Source: Candidatus Limnocylindria bacterium
Lineage (GTDB): Bacteria > Chloroflexota > Limnocylindria > QHBO01
Length of the DNA: 49,223 nt
Assembly (NCBI GenBank): GCA_051000335.1
Contig: JBPCOK010000107.1
Coordinates: forward strand, 1-49,223
Direction of reading: 5' to 3'
Under the pieces are notes generated by a model that was not told the DNA's origin, searched no databases, and worked only from the letters and a program-made list of their open reading frames with translations. The translations under genes were made by a program, and so were the position numbers. Within the stretch, counting starts at the first letter, position 1; the number at the start of each line of letters is the position of its first letter. Positions 28,593 to 38,046 of the stretch are shown here, piece by piece.

Positions 28593-29939
28593 GTGAGCAT
28601 CGACAAGCTGGCTCCCCAGGCGGTCGAGGCCGAGCAGAGCGTGCTCGGCTCGATCCTCATCGACGCGGATGCCGTCCTGAAGGTCGGCGACTTCCTGAAG
28701 CCATCGGACTTCTACCGCGCGCAGCACGCCGATATCTACGAGGCGATGCTCGCCCTCCATGGGCAGCGAGAGCCGATCGACCTCGTCACGCTCGGGGACG
28801 AGCTCCGTCGTCGGGATCGGTTCGAGAACATCGGCGGACCGGCGTACCTGACGTCGCTCATGAACGCCGTGCCGACCGCCGTCCACGCCGAGCACTACGG
28901 CCGGATCGTGGAGCGCAAGTCCGTGCTGCGCAACCTCATCGGCGCCGCTGGAAAGATCGCCGCCGTCGGCTACGAGGAGGCGAACGATGCGGAGGCAGCC
29001 ATCGATCGCGCGGAGTCGATCCTGTTCGAGATCAGCCAGCGGCGGACCGACGGCGGCTTCGAGTCACTCTCCATCCTGCTCGGGCAGGCCTACGATCGGC
29101 TCGAGTACCTCCACGAGCACCGCGGCCAGATCCTCGGCGTGCCGACCGGGCTCAGCCAGCTTGACGCCCTGCTCGGTGGATTCCAGCAGTCCGACCTCGT
29201 GATCCTTGCGGCGCGCCCCTCGGTCGGAAAGACCTCCCTGGCGCTCAACGTTGCTCAGCATGCCGCCGTGCGCGAGGGCAAGAAGGTCGCCGTGTTCAGC
29301 CTGGAGATGAGCAAGGAGCAGCTCGCGCTGCGCCTGCTCTCCGCCGAGAGCGGCATCAATCCGCGCCCGCTGCAGACCGGGTTCGTGGACGAGACGGACT
29401 GGACGAAGATCGCGACGGTCATGAACGACATGGCCTCGGCGCCGATGTGGATCGACGACTCGCCGGCCCTGTCGGTGATGGAGCTGCGCACCAAGGCCCG
29501 GCGTCTCGAACTCGAGCAGCGCGGGCTGGACCTCGTCATCGTGGATTACCTCCAGCTGATGCAGGCGTCCAGCCCGAGCAGGGACGCGAATCGGGTCCAG
29601 GAGGTCTCCGAGATCAGCCGCGGTCTGAAGCAGCTCGCGCGCGAGCTCAAGGTTCCGGTGGTCGCGCTCTCACAGCTGTCACGTGGCGTCGAGCAGCGCG
29701 GCACCGCCGAACCGCGCCTCTCCGACCTGCGCGAGTCGGGCAGCATCGAGCAGGACGCGGATGTCGTCATCTTCCTGTACCGGGACGGCGAGCAGAATCC
29801 GGACGCCGAAGTCGAGCTCGTCAAGGCGAAGGTGGCGAAGCATCGCAATGGGCCGATCGGCGAGGTCCCGCTGCAGTTCCGCAAGGAGAACACGCGCTTC
29901 TACACGGTCGCTGCGCGCGAGGAGATTGCCGCGTACTGA
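28593..29939 (+). CDS. dnaB: Replicative DNA helicase
   Basis: PQAVEAEQSVLGSILID, Walker A (ARPSVGKTS), VIVDYLQLM and SIEQDADVV are present. The start codon is GTG. There is no intein. Confidence 0.95.
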   Translation: MSIDKLAPQAVEAEQSVLGSILIDADAVLKVGDFLKPSDFYRAQHADIYEAMLALHGQREPIDLVTLGDELRRRDRFENIGGPAYLTSLMNAVPTAVHAEHYGRIVERKSVLRNLIGAAGKIAAVGYEEANDAEAAIDRAESILFEISQRRTDGGFESLSILLGQAYDRLEYLHEHRGQILGVPTGLSQLDALLGGFQQSDLVILAARPSVGKTSLALNVAQHAAVREGKKVAVFSLEMSKEQLALRLLSAESGINPRPLQTGFVDETDWTKIATVMNDMASAPMWIDDSPALSVMELRTKARRLELEQRGLDLVIVDYLQLMQASSPSRDANRVQEVSEISRGLKQLARELKVPVVALSQLSRGVEQRGTAEPRLSDLRESGSIEQDADVVIFLYRDGEQNPDAEVELVKAKVAKHRNGPIGEVPLQFRKENTRFYTVAAREEIAAY

Positions 29940-30146
29940 CGCGGCAGCGGCCAAGCGGTCGAGCGTAGAGACGGGAGGGTTGAAATCGGGGTGTACACTC
30001 GGGCGCTGTAACGACCGGCCTCATCAACGTCTGACCCGAGTTCGCTCCGATCCGCGCCTTTCTTCACGGCAGATCCTGGCCTCTCTTCAGACCGCGACCG
30101 TCCAAGTTCGGGCCGGACGTGCGAGAGCAGGAGGCACTGGAGAAGG

Positions 30147-30461
30147 GTGTACGCCGACAAGACGATCCGCTGTCGCGATTGCGGCATGGACTTCGTGTTC
30201 TCAGCGGGCGAGCAGGAGTTCTACGCCAGCAAGGGTCTGGTGAACGAACCTCAGCGCTGCCAGAGCTGTCGAGCCATTGCCAAGCAGAATCGAGCGCTTG
30301 GCATCGTTGGAGGGGGAGGAAACGGGAACGGGGGCCAGCGCGAGATGCACGCGGCCGTCTGCGCCGAATGTGGAGGACAGGCGCTCGTGCCGTTTCTTCC
30401 ACGGAACGATCGACCGGTCTATTGCTCCAACTGCTTCGACAAGGTGCGTGCCAGGGTCTGA
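30147..30461 (+). CDS. Double zinc-ribbon protein of unknown function
   Basis: It has two CxxC..CxxC units (CRDC..CQSC and CAEC..CSNC) separated by a Gly/Asn linker. The N-terminal unit matches the widespread FxFxxGEQEFY zinc-ribbon family. Confidence 0.7.
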   Translation: MYADKTIRCRDCGMDFVFSAGEQEFYASKGLVNEPQRCQSCRAIAKQNRALGIVGGGGNGNGGQREMHAAVCAECGGQALVPFLPRNDRPVYCSNCFDKVRARV

Positions 30462-30486
30462 CGCTCGACGCATCCATCCCGATGAA

Positions 30487-30516
30487 GCGCCGCCGCCGAG
30501 GCGGCGCTTTCGCATT
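30487..30516 (+). terminator. Intrinsic terminator after the zinc-ribbon gene
   Basis: GCGCCGCC-gccga-GGCGGCGC forms an 8-bp GC stem and is followed by TTTCGCATTTCG. Confidence 0.6.
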
Positions 30517-30576
30517 TCGACGACCACGGTAGGATGTCGCGGTTCCCACTAGCCGAGAGGTCGTCGTCTTCACGCC

Positions 30577-31881
30577 ATGTCCGTCACCGCTGTCGTTGGT
30601 GCCCAGTGGGGAGATGAGGGCAAGGGACGTGTGGTCGACTACCTGGCCGATGACGCCGACCTCGTCGTCCGGTACGGGGGCGGCAACAACGCAGGGCACA
30701 CCGTGGTCAATCCGCACGGCCACTTCAAGCTGCACCTGATTCCCTCCGGCATCTTCCATCCGGGCGCGCGCAACCTGCTCGGAAACGGCGTCGTGATCAA
30801 CCCACCGGCCCTCGTCAGCGAGCTCGACGGCCTGCGCACGGCCGGCTTCGACGGCACCAACCTGTTCATCAGCGATCGCGCGCACCTCGTCATGCCCTAC
30901 CACGTGCTGCTCGATCAGCTCGAGGATCGCGAGCGCGGCACCGGCCGCCTGGGGACGACGTCACGGGGCATCGGGCCGGCGTACGTCGATAAGGTGGCGC
31001 GACGCGGCCTGCGCATCATCGACCTCGTGGAGCCGGACGTCTTCCGCGCCCGGCTCGCCGACGCTCTTCCCCGGGTGCGGCGCGTGGTTGCGGGCTACGC
31101 CGACGCGCAGGACGAGCTGGCGGCCGAGATCGCCGAGGCGACCGACGAGACCCGCATCCTGGATTCGTACCTCGCCGCAGGCGATCGGCTGCGCCGGCAC
31201 GTGACCGACGGTCAGGCCCTCGTGGACGACGCGCTGACGCGAGGCGACCGCATCCTGCTCGAGGGCCAGCTGGGCACGATGCGGGACCTCGACTGGGGAA
31301 TCTATCCGTACGTGACGAGCTCGTCGCCGATCCCCGGCGGGGCCAGCCTCGGCGCCGGTCTCCCGGCGGTCGCCATCGATCGAGTCCTGGGCATTGCCAA
31401 GGCCTATACCACCGCCGTCGGGGCCGGGCCGTTGCCGACGGAGCTCGAGGATGCCGAGGGGGAGCTCCTCCGCGAACGCGGCCAGGAGTACGGGACCTCG
31501 ACCGGCCGCCCCCGCCGATGCGGCTGGTATGACGCGGTCGCCGTCCGCTTCAGCGTTCGGCTGGCCGGATACTCCAGCATCGCGCTGACGAAGGTCGACG
31601 TCCTTGATGGATTCGATCGGATCCGCATCGCCCGCGCCTATCGCGATCCGCTGGACGGACGCGAGTGGACGACGGTCCCGGCCTCGACCTCGGTCTACGA
31701 GCGGCTCGAGCCGGTCTACGAGGACCTGCCGGGATGGCACGTCGACACCACCGGATGCCGCGTCTGGGCCGATCTCCCCGACGCCGCCCGTGCGTACGTC
31801 GAACGGTTGGAGGAGCTCGCCGCTGTGCCGATCAGCCACGTGAGCGTTGGCCCCGAACGTGCCCAGATGATCGTTCGTTGA
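30577..31881 (+). CDS. purA: Adenylosuccinate synthase
   Basis: VVGAQWGDEGKGRVVDYL, GGNNAGHT and TTSRGIGPAY are present. Confidence 0.95.
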   Translation: MSVTAVVGAQWGDEGKGRVVDYLADDADLVVRYGGGNNAGHTVVNPHGHFKLHLIPSGIFHPGARNLLGNGVVINPPALVSELDGLRTAGFDGTNLFISDRAHLVMPYHVLLDQLEDRERGTGRLGTTSRGIGPAYVDKVARRGLRIIDLVEPDVFRARLADALPRVRRVVAGYADAQDELAAEIAEATDETRILDSYLAAGDRLRRHVTDGQALVDDALTRGDRILLEGQLGTMRDLDWGIYPYVTSSSPIPGGASLGAGLPAVAIDRVLGIAKAYTTAVGAGPLPTELEDAEGELLRERGQEYGTSTGRPRRCGWYDAVAVRFSVRLAGYSSIALTKVDVLDGFDRIRIARAYRDPLDGREWTTVPASTSVYERLEPVYEDLPGWHVDTTGCRVWADLPDAARAYVERLEELAAVPISHVSVGPERAQMIVR

Positions 31882-31915
31882 GGACAATCGCAGCGCGAAT
31901 CGGAGGACACGACGA

Positions 31916-32821
31916 ATGAAGCTGGGCGTCATCGTCCCACAGGGATGGACGGGAGAGTACGACGGCTGGGAGCCAGCGCGCGCGTGGCAGCGCACCATCG
32001 AGGTGGCGCAGCAGGCGGATCGGCTCGGGGTCGACTCGCTCTGGCTGTTCGACCACTTCCACACCGTCCCGAAGCCGACGGACGAGCTGACCTTCGAGTC
32101 CTTCACGTCCCTGGCCGCGCTCGCCGCGCTGACCGAGCGGGTGAGGCTCGGACACATCGTCATCTGCAACGGATTCCGCAATCCGGCACTCACCGCGAAG
32201 ATGGCGTCGACGCTCGACACGATCTCGGGCGGCCGATTCGAGCTTGGTATCGGCGCCGGCTGGAAGAAGGACGAGTGGCTTGCGTATGGGTACGGCTTCC
32301 CCGAGACACGCGAGCGGCTCGCCATGCTCCACGATGCGCTCGAGGTCATCACCCGCATGCTCGAGCCCGGACGGACCGCCCACGCGACGTTCGACGGCAA
32401 GCATCATCACGTGGACGACGCCCGCAACCTCCCGAAGCCGATCCAGGCCACCGGCATGCCGATCATGGTCGGCGGCAACGGGCCGAAGGTGACCTGGCGG
32501 CTGGCGGCTCGCTACGCGGATGAGCTGAACCTCGACGGCATGTCACCGGACGAGGTTCGCGAGGCGCTCCCCGTCATTCGTGCTCGCTGCGAAGAGATCG
32601 GCCGAGATCCCGATTCGCTCGACGTCTCGGTCCACATCTGGTGGGGGACGGACGCGTGGCGGACGTCCGGATCGGCTCGTCAGAAGTTGCTGGCGGACTA
32701 CGCCGAGCGCGGCGTCTCGCGGGTGATGGGGCTGCTCCGCGCCGCCGCCGATGACGATGGGGAGGTTGACCGGCTGGTCGATGATGCGCGCGCCGCGGGC
32801 GTCGAGCTGGCCGAGGAGTAG
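31916..32821 (+). CDS. LLM-class (luciferase-like) oxidoreductase, probably F420-dependent
   Basis: MKLGVIVPQG..ADRLGVDSLWLFDHF.. and GRFELGIGAGW resemble the TIGR03560-like F420-dependent LLM group. Confidence 0.75.
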   Translation: MKLGVIVPQGWTGEYDGWEPARAWQRTIEVAQQADRLGVDSLWLFDHFHTVPKPTDELTFESFTSLAALAALTERVRLGHIVICNGFRNPALTAKMASTLDTISGGRFELGIGAGWKKDEWLAYGYGFPETRERLAMLHDALEVITRMLEPGRTAHATFDGKHHHVDDARNLPKPIQATGMPIMVGGNGPKVTWRLAARYADELNLDGMSPDEVREALPVIRARCEEIGRDPDSLDVSVHIWWGTDAWRTSGSARQKLLADYAERGVSRVMGLLRAAADDDGEVDRLVDDARAAGVELAEE

Positions 32822-32859
32822 ATCCTCCTCGCGACATGTGACGGCGCCTCCGCCCCGTA

Positions 32860-34281
32860 GTGCGGGGCGTGACGCGCCATCGCCGCTCGATCGCCTGGTT
32901 CCGGCGCGACCTGCGGCTCACCGACAACCGGATGCTCGAGGCCGCGACGCGCAATGCGCTGGCGTGGCCAGTCTTCGTCATCGATCCCGCTTTGGTCGAG
33001 GAGCACGCGGCCGCGCTCGGTCGGCGGGCTTGGTTCGACGCTTCGGCACAAGACCTCGACGCGCGACTCCGGGAGCATGGGTCCGGCCTCACGGTCCTGC
33101 ACGGACAGCCTGAAGCGGTGCTGCGTGACTTCGCGCAGTCGGTCGGTGCCGACCGGGTGGTGGCCTCGGCCGATGAAGATCCGCGCGCGATCGGGCGTGA
33201 TGAACGGGTCGCAGGCGCCGTCGACCTCCAGCTCGTCGACGACCAGCGAGTGGTGGCACCGGCAGAGGTGCGCACGGCGGACGGTGGGCCCTACGCGGTG
33301 TACACCCCGTTCCGTCGCGCGCTGGAAGCCCGGATCGACGCGGACCCGGACTCGGCCTTCGCTCCGGCCCAACCCCTGCTGGCCAATCTGTCGCCGCCCG
33401 CGGATGATCGCGAAGTGTCGCTCGGGTGGCCTGCTGCTCCGCACGACCTGCCGCCGGCCGGCGAGGGTGCGGCATCCCATGCGCTGCGCAACTTCTTCCG
33501 GTCCGACGTCGGGGCCTACCGCGAGGACCGGGACCGGCCCGATCGGGACGCAACGTCGCGTCTCTCGCCGCACCTTCGCGTGGGATCGCTCAGCGTCCGG
33601 GCCGCTTGGCGGGCGGCGGCCGGGGCCGGGCAGCGAGCGCACGACCGTGGTGACGCCAACCTGCGCCGGGGCGTGGCGTCGTGGCGGGGCGAGCTCGCCT
33701 GGCGCGAGTTCTTCGGCCACGTCCTGGCGGCACACCCTCGCATTGCGAGCGAAAGCTTTCGCGCCGAGTACGACGCGATCGAGTGGGCGACGGGTTCCGG
33801 CGCTGATGAGCTCCTGGAGGCCTGGCGCACCGGACACACGGGCTATCCGCTCGTGGATGCGGGCATGCGCCAGCTCGTCGCCGCTGGCTGGATGCACAAC
33901 CGAGCGCGACTCGTCACTGCCAGCTTCCTCGTCAAGGATCTCGGCCTCGACTGGCGTCGCGGGGCAGCCGTCTTCGCCGCCCACCTGCTCGACGCCGACG
34001 TCCAGCAGAACGATGGCAACTGGCAATGGGTCGCCGGCGTGGGGATGGATGCCGCACCGTTCTTTCGCATCTTCAACCCGACGCTGCAGGCGAAGAAGTT
34101 CGATCCCGAGGGAACATACATTCGGCGCTGGGTCCCGGAGCTCGAGGGCATCGATGACGAGCACATCCACGAGCCATGGAAAGCCGGCTCGCAAGCGCAG
34201 GGCTATCCGCCGCCGATCGTCGACCATGCCGAGGCACGAGAGCGAACGCTGGCTCGATATCGGGCCATCAGCGAACGCTGA
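32860..34281 (+). CDS. phr: Deoxyribodipyrimidine photolyase / cryptochrome family
   Basis: IAWFRRDLRLTDN, TGYPLVDAGMRQL, GWMHNRARLVTASFLVKDL and DADVQQNDGNWQW are present. The start is GTG 32860 or 32869. Confidence 0.9.
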   Translation: MRGVTRHRRSIAWFRRDLRLTDNRMLEAATRNALAWPVFVIDPALVEEHAAALGRRAWFDASAQDLDARLREHGSGLTVLHGQPEAVLRDFAQSVGADRVVASADEDPRAIGRDERVAGAVDLQLVDDQRVVAPAEVRTADGGPYAVYTPFRRALEARIDADPDSAFAPAQPLLANLSPPADDREVSLGWPAAPHDLPPAGEGAASHALRNFFRSDVGAYREDRDRPDRDATSRLSPHLRVGSLSVRAAWRAAAGAGQRAHDRGDANLRRGVASWRGELAWREFFGHVLAAHPRIASESFRAEYDAIEWATGSGADELLEAWRTGHTGYPLVDAGMRQLVAAGWMHNRARLVTASFLVKDLGLDWRRGAAVFAAHLLDADVQQNDGNWQWVAGVGMDAAPFFRIFNPTLQAKKFDPEGTYIRRWVPELEGIDDEHIHEPWKAGSQAQGYPPPIVDHAEARERTLARYRAISER

Positions 34282-34310
34282 CGCCCGTATACTTTCTCCA
34301 CCAGCATCGC

Positions 34311-35492
34311 ATGTGGCCGAGGTCGCGGTTGATCGAGCACAATCCGGTTCGGAACGCAACGGAGTCACGCCTGCGCCGCGCCTACGGATTCGAGGAGGTC
34401 GCCCTCGTCCCCGGAGCGGTGACGGCTGATCCGGCGGAGGTCGATCTCAGCGTGGATCTCGCCGGATTCCGTCTGGAGATTCCGTTCCTGGCGGCGGCCA
34501 TGGACGCGGTCGCCGATGCGGACTTCGCCGTCCGCATGAGCCGGCATGGCGGTCTGGCCGTCATCAACCTCGAGGGCCTTTACACGCGCTACGAGGATGC
34601 GTCCCCGATCATCGAGCGGGTCATCGCCGCCAACGACGGCCGGGCCGCGGCACATGTCCTGGCGGAGGCTTACGAGCAGCCGATCCGCGACGACCTCATC
34701 ACGGCGCTCATCACCCGCGTGAAGTCGCAGGGCGGCATCGCCGCGGTGGCCACGACGCCCGCATCGGCGTGGCACCAGGCGGAGGTCGCCGCGGATGCCG
34801 GCGCGGACCTCCTCCTCGTCCAATCGCAGGTCTCATCGGCACGCCACATCTCGACCTCGACGCGGGTGCTCTCTCTCGCGGATCTCACCGGCGGGCTCAA
34901 GCTGCCGGTGCTGGTGGGAAACACCGTGAGTGGCGAGGCCGCGTACCAGCTCATGCACCAGGGCGCTGCCGGCATCTTCGTGGGTGTCGGCCCCGGAGCG
35001 GCCTGCACGACGCGCGAGGTGCTCGGGATCGGCGTGCCGCAGGTGAGTGCCACGCTCGAGGTGGCGGCGGCTCGCGACCGGTTCGAGCGCGAAACGGGAC
35101 GCTACGTTCCGATCGTGACCGACGGCGGCATGAAGACCGGCGGCGACATCGCGAAGGCGGTCGCGTCCGGGGCGGATGCCGTGATGCTGGGCTCCCCCTT
35201 CGCCGGCGCGCTCGAGGCGCCTGGCCGTGGATTCAACTGGGGCATGGCCGCTCCGTCACCGACGCTGCCGCGTGGGACCCGCATCCGCATCGGCGAGCGG
35301 CTGCCGCTCGAGCAGATCCTGTTCGGCCCGGCCGAGACGACCCACGGCACGCAGAACCTGGCCGGCGCCCTCCGTCAGTCGATGGCCGCGCTCGGCGCCC
35401 GGACGATCCGCGACATGCACGAGGTGGAGATGGTCATCGCGCCGTCCATCGCCACCGAGGGCAAGTCCTGGCAGCTCGCCGGCCGCGAGTAG
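34311..35492 (+). CDS. GuaB3-type IMP dehydrogenase-related protein
   Basis: RRAYGFEEVALVPG.., AAMDAV and the TIM-barrel GGxK..GADAVMLGS pattern are present, without a CBS pair. The start is ATG 34311, the first ATG after the photolyase stop; TTG 34329 is an alternative. Confidence 0.8.
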   Translation: MWPRSRLIEHNPVRNATESRLRRAYGFEEVALVPGAVTADPAEVDLSVDLAGFRLEIPFLAAAMDAVADADFAVRMSRHGGLAVINLEGLYTRYEDASPIIERVIAANDGRAAAHVLAEAYEQPIRDDLITALITRVKSQGGIAAVATTPASAWHQAEVAADAGADLLLVQSQVSSARHISTSTRVLSLADLTGGLKLPVLVGNTVSGEAAYQLMHQGAAGIFVGVGPGAACTTREVLGIGVPQVSATLEVAAARDRFERETGRYVPIVTDGGMKTGGDIAKAVASGADAVMLGSPFAGALEAPGRGFNWGMAAPSPTLPRGTRIRIGERLPLEQILFGPAETTHGTQNLAGALRQSMAALGARTIRDMHEVEMVIAPSIATEGKSWQLAGRE

Positions 35493-35565
35493 CCGAGGCC
35501 GTTCCACGCCTCGCGCTCGATGGATCGAGCGGATATCCCATGAACGCACTTCCGCGTGTCGGCTG

Positions 35566-35693
35566 CTCGAAATTCCGAGCGCCGGCAGACGTGAAGGGCC
35601 CGCCCGCGTGATCCTCACGCTTCGGAGCGCTCGATATATCGCGAGCGCCGCACGCCGCAGGCCCGTCGTGTCAACAATGCTCGAAATTGCGAG
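35566..35693. promoter_or_regulatory. Three copies of an AT-cored palindromic motif (candidate operator array)
   Basis: - The copies are CTCGAAATTCCGAG (35566..35579), CTCGATATATCGCGAG (35630..35645) and CTCGAAATTGCGAG (35680..35693).
- All lie in the 250-nt spacer upstream of the second AlkZ-like gene.
- They are the only AT-rich islands in that spacer. Confidence 0.4.
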
Positions 35694-35744
35694 TGGCACG
35701 CGGCGCGACCCGGCGCCGCACCGCCGGTCAAGCACCGCACGGCC

Positions 35745-36800
35745 GTGATGGCGGAGCCGATGCTGTCGCCCCAAACCCTGAACCGCGCGCTCCTGGATCG
35801 GCAGCTGCTGCTCGAGCGATCCGACCAACCCCTGACCCGGGTCATCGAGCAGATGGGCGGAATCCAGACGCAGTACGCGCCGGCGGGCTCGATTGGCCTG
35901 TGGTCGCGCATGCGCGACTTCGAACGGCCGATGCTGACGGCGGCGCTGGAGGATCGCCGGGCCGTCCAGGCGACGATGATGCGGGTCACCATTCACACCG
36001 TCTCGGCCGCTGACTACTGGCCGATGATGGCCGGAATCCTCCCCGCGACCCGGGCATGGCTGGCGCGAAGTCATCGCTCCGAGCTGGGCGGAGTGGATCT
36101 CGAGATCGTGGCGGCAGACATCCGAAAGGAGCTGGCGGACGGCCCTCTTCGCATGCCCGAGCTGGTGTCGCGCGTGGAAGGCCGTGGCCATCCGGCACGG
36201 GCCGTCGCGTGGGCCACGCAGCTCATCGAGCTCGTTCGCATCCCTCCCTCGGGCACCTGGGAGCGTCGACGCGCGGACATCTACGGCCTGGCCGAGCGGT
36301 GGCTGACTCGCGTGGAGACGAGCGAGGGCGAGGGGATCGAGCTCCTCGTGCGCCGCTATCTCGGCGCCTTCGGCCCGTCGCCGCTGCGCGACATCGCGAC
36401 CTGGATGGGCCTCAAGGTTGGCGCCGTCCGGCCGGTGGCCGAGCGCATGGACCTGCGTCCTTACCGGGATCTGGATGGAAGGCCATTGCTCGACCTGCCG
36501 GATGCGACGCTGCCGGATCCCGAGACGCCGGCGCCGGTCCGCTTCCTCGCGGTCTGGGATGCCATGCTCCTCGTCCACGCGCGGCGCACCGAGGTTCTGC
36601 CCGAGGTGCTGCGGCCGCTCATCTTCAACACGAAGACGCCGCACTCGGTGAACACGATCCTCGTCGACGGCCAGGTGGCCGCGACGTGGCGACACGCCGA
36701 CGACCGGATCCATGTCGAGCCGCTGCGCCGGATGAACGCCGACGAGCAGCGCGAGATCGAGACGGAGGCCGACCGGCTCGCCGCACTCCACGCGGACTGA
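35745..36800 (+). CDS. Winged-helix HTH_42 (DUF1006) protein, AlkZ/YcaQ-like DNA glycosylase family, second paralog
   Basis: LSPQTLNRALLDRQLLLERS..VIEQMGGIQTQYAPAG..RAVQATMMRVTIHTV is present, with a QxQ motif (IQTQ). The start codon is GTG. Confidence 0.8.
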   Translation: MMAEPMLSPQTLNRALLDRQLLLERSDQPLTRVIEQMGGIQTQYAPAGSIGLWSRMRDFERPMLTAALEDRRAVQATMMRVTIHTVSAADYWPMMAGILPATRAWLARSHRSELGGVDLEIVAADIRKELADGPLRMPELVSRVEGRGHPARAVAWATQLIELVRIPPSGTWERRRADIYGLAERWLTRVETSEGEGIELLVRRYLGAFGPSPLRDIATWMGLKVGAVRPVAERMDLRPYRDLDGRPLLDLPDATLPDPETPAPVRFLAVWDAMLLVHARRTEVLPEVLRPLIFNTKTPHSVNTILVDGQVAATWRHADDRIHVEPLRRMNADEQREIETEADRLAALHAD

Positions 36801-36818
36801 CCGGCGTACGATTCGCCG

Positions 36819-37199
36819 ATGAACCGATCCGACGTCCAGGCCTGGCTGGACCGATACATCGACGCCTGGCGCACGAATGCCTCCGACAAGGTCGAGGACC
36901 TCTTCTCCGAGGACGCGGTGTACAGCTACCGACCGTGGAACAGCGAGGACCACACGATCCGTGGACGCGGGGCGATCGTGGCGAGCTGGCTCGAGGAGCC
37001 CGACGCGCCCGGCAGCTGGGACGCGAAGTACGAGCCATTCGCCGTCGAGGGAGATCGTGCCGTTGCGGTCGGCTGGAGCCGGTACGCACCGACCGGCGAC
37101 AAGCCCGAGCAGACGTATCACAACGCGTACCTGCTCCGATTCACGGACGACGGCCGATGTGCCGAATTCCGCGAGTACTACATGCTCGAGGGAACCTGA
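36819..37199 (+). CDS. SnoaL-like / NTF2-fold protein
   Basis: VQAWLDRYIDAWRTN..EDLFSEDAVY.. is a typical SnoaL-like N-terminus. The protein is 126 aa. Confidence 0.7.
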   Translation: MNRSDVQAWLDRYIDAWRTNASDKVEDLFSEDAVYSYRPWNSEDHTIRGRGAIVASWLEEPDAPGSWDAKYEPFAVEGDRAVAVGWSRYAPTGDKPEQTYHNAYLLRFTDDGRCAEFREYYMLEGT

Positions 37200-37203
37200 G
37201 CCG

Positions 37204-37995
37204 ATGCCATCGGTCTGGCGCGAGGTCGGCGACCGGGTCTGGATCCGGCGCTACGCGTCGCTGGATCAGACCATCGGCGTCATCAGTGGAACGGATGGAC
37301 TGGTGGTCATCGACACGCGGGCGCACCACCGAGCCGCCGATGAGCTGCGCGACGACCTGAAGCAGCTCCCGGGATCGGTGGTGGCCGCGGTGAACACCCA
37401 CGGGCACTGGGACCATGCCTTCGGCAACGCCCGCTTCGCGACGACGCCGATCTGGGGTCACAGCAGATCCGCGGCGATGATCACCGAGGGAGGCGAGGAG
37501 ACGCGAACGCGCCTGCTCGGCCAGTACCCCGGCGAGCCGTTCGACGAGGTAGAGCTCACGCCACCATCCGACCTCATCGAGGAATCGGCGACCCTGGAGC
37601 TCGGGGACCGCCGGATCGAGCTGCGCCATCTCGGGCTCGGACATACCGACAACGACGTCATCGTGCTGGTGCCCGAAGCATCGGTCCTGTTCGCCGGCGA
37701 CCTGCTGGAGAATGCCCCCGCACCGGGGTTCGGCGACAGCTACCCGATGTCCTGGCCCGCCACCGGGCGGCGCCTCCTGGATCTCGTGGGCGGCACCGTC
37801 GTACCGGGCCACGGCGATCCGTTCGATGGGCCATTTGCGGAGGACCAGGTGGCCGCCCTCGGGGCGCTCGCCGAGCTGTGTCGGGACGTCGTGGGCGGTG
37901 CGATCGACGTCGATCGCATGCTTCGCGAATCGCCGTTCCCGCCCGAACCGACCCGCGAGGCGCTTGTGCGCGCCAGGCTCGAACTCAGTGAGTAA
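37204..37995 (+). CDS. MBL-fold metallo-hydrolase
   Basis: It has the HxHxDH motif (NTHGHWDH) and then GHTDND and PGHG. The start ATG 37204 lies 4 nt after the SnoaL-like stop; the track ORF start at 36877 is an out-of-context extension. Confidence 0.85.
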   Translation: MPSVWREVGDRVWIRRYASLDQTIGVISGTDGLVVIDTRAHHRAADELRDDLKQLPGSVVAAVNTHGHWDHAFGNARFATTPIWGHSRSAAMITEGGEETRTRLLGQYPGEPFDEVELTPPSDLIEESATLELGDRRIELRHLGLGHTDNDVIVLVPEASVLFAGDLLENAPAPGFGDSYPMSWPATGRRLLDLVGGTVVPGHGDPFDGPFAEDQVAALGALAELCRDVVGGAIDVDRMLRESPFPPEPTREALVRARLELSE

Positions 37996-38046
37996 TATCA
38001 CTCAGACTACTGAGTAAAACTACTCGGGAGAGTGAGTGCATGAGTC
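37983..38046. promoter_or_regulatory. AT-rich cluster of ACTCA/TGAGT palindromes upstream of the ATPase gene
   Basis: ACTCAgTGAGT occurs at 37983..37993 and ACTCAGactaCTGAGT at 38000..38015. TGAGT(A/G) recurs at 37989, 38011 and 38033, a 22-nt phasing. The cluster lies between the MBL stop and ATG 38040. Confidence 0.35.

Noticed and set aside
35542-35553. GAACGCACTTCC as a fourth SOS box.
   Set aside because: The right half-site is degenerate (TTCC instead of GTTC) and there are no flanking promoter elements. It is mentioned only as context for the AlkZ-like paralog 2 finding.
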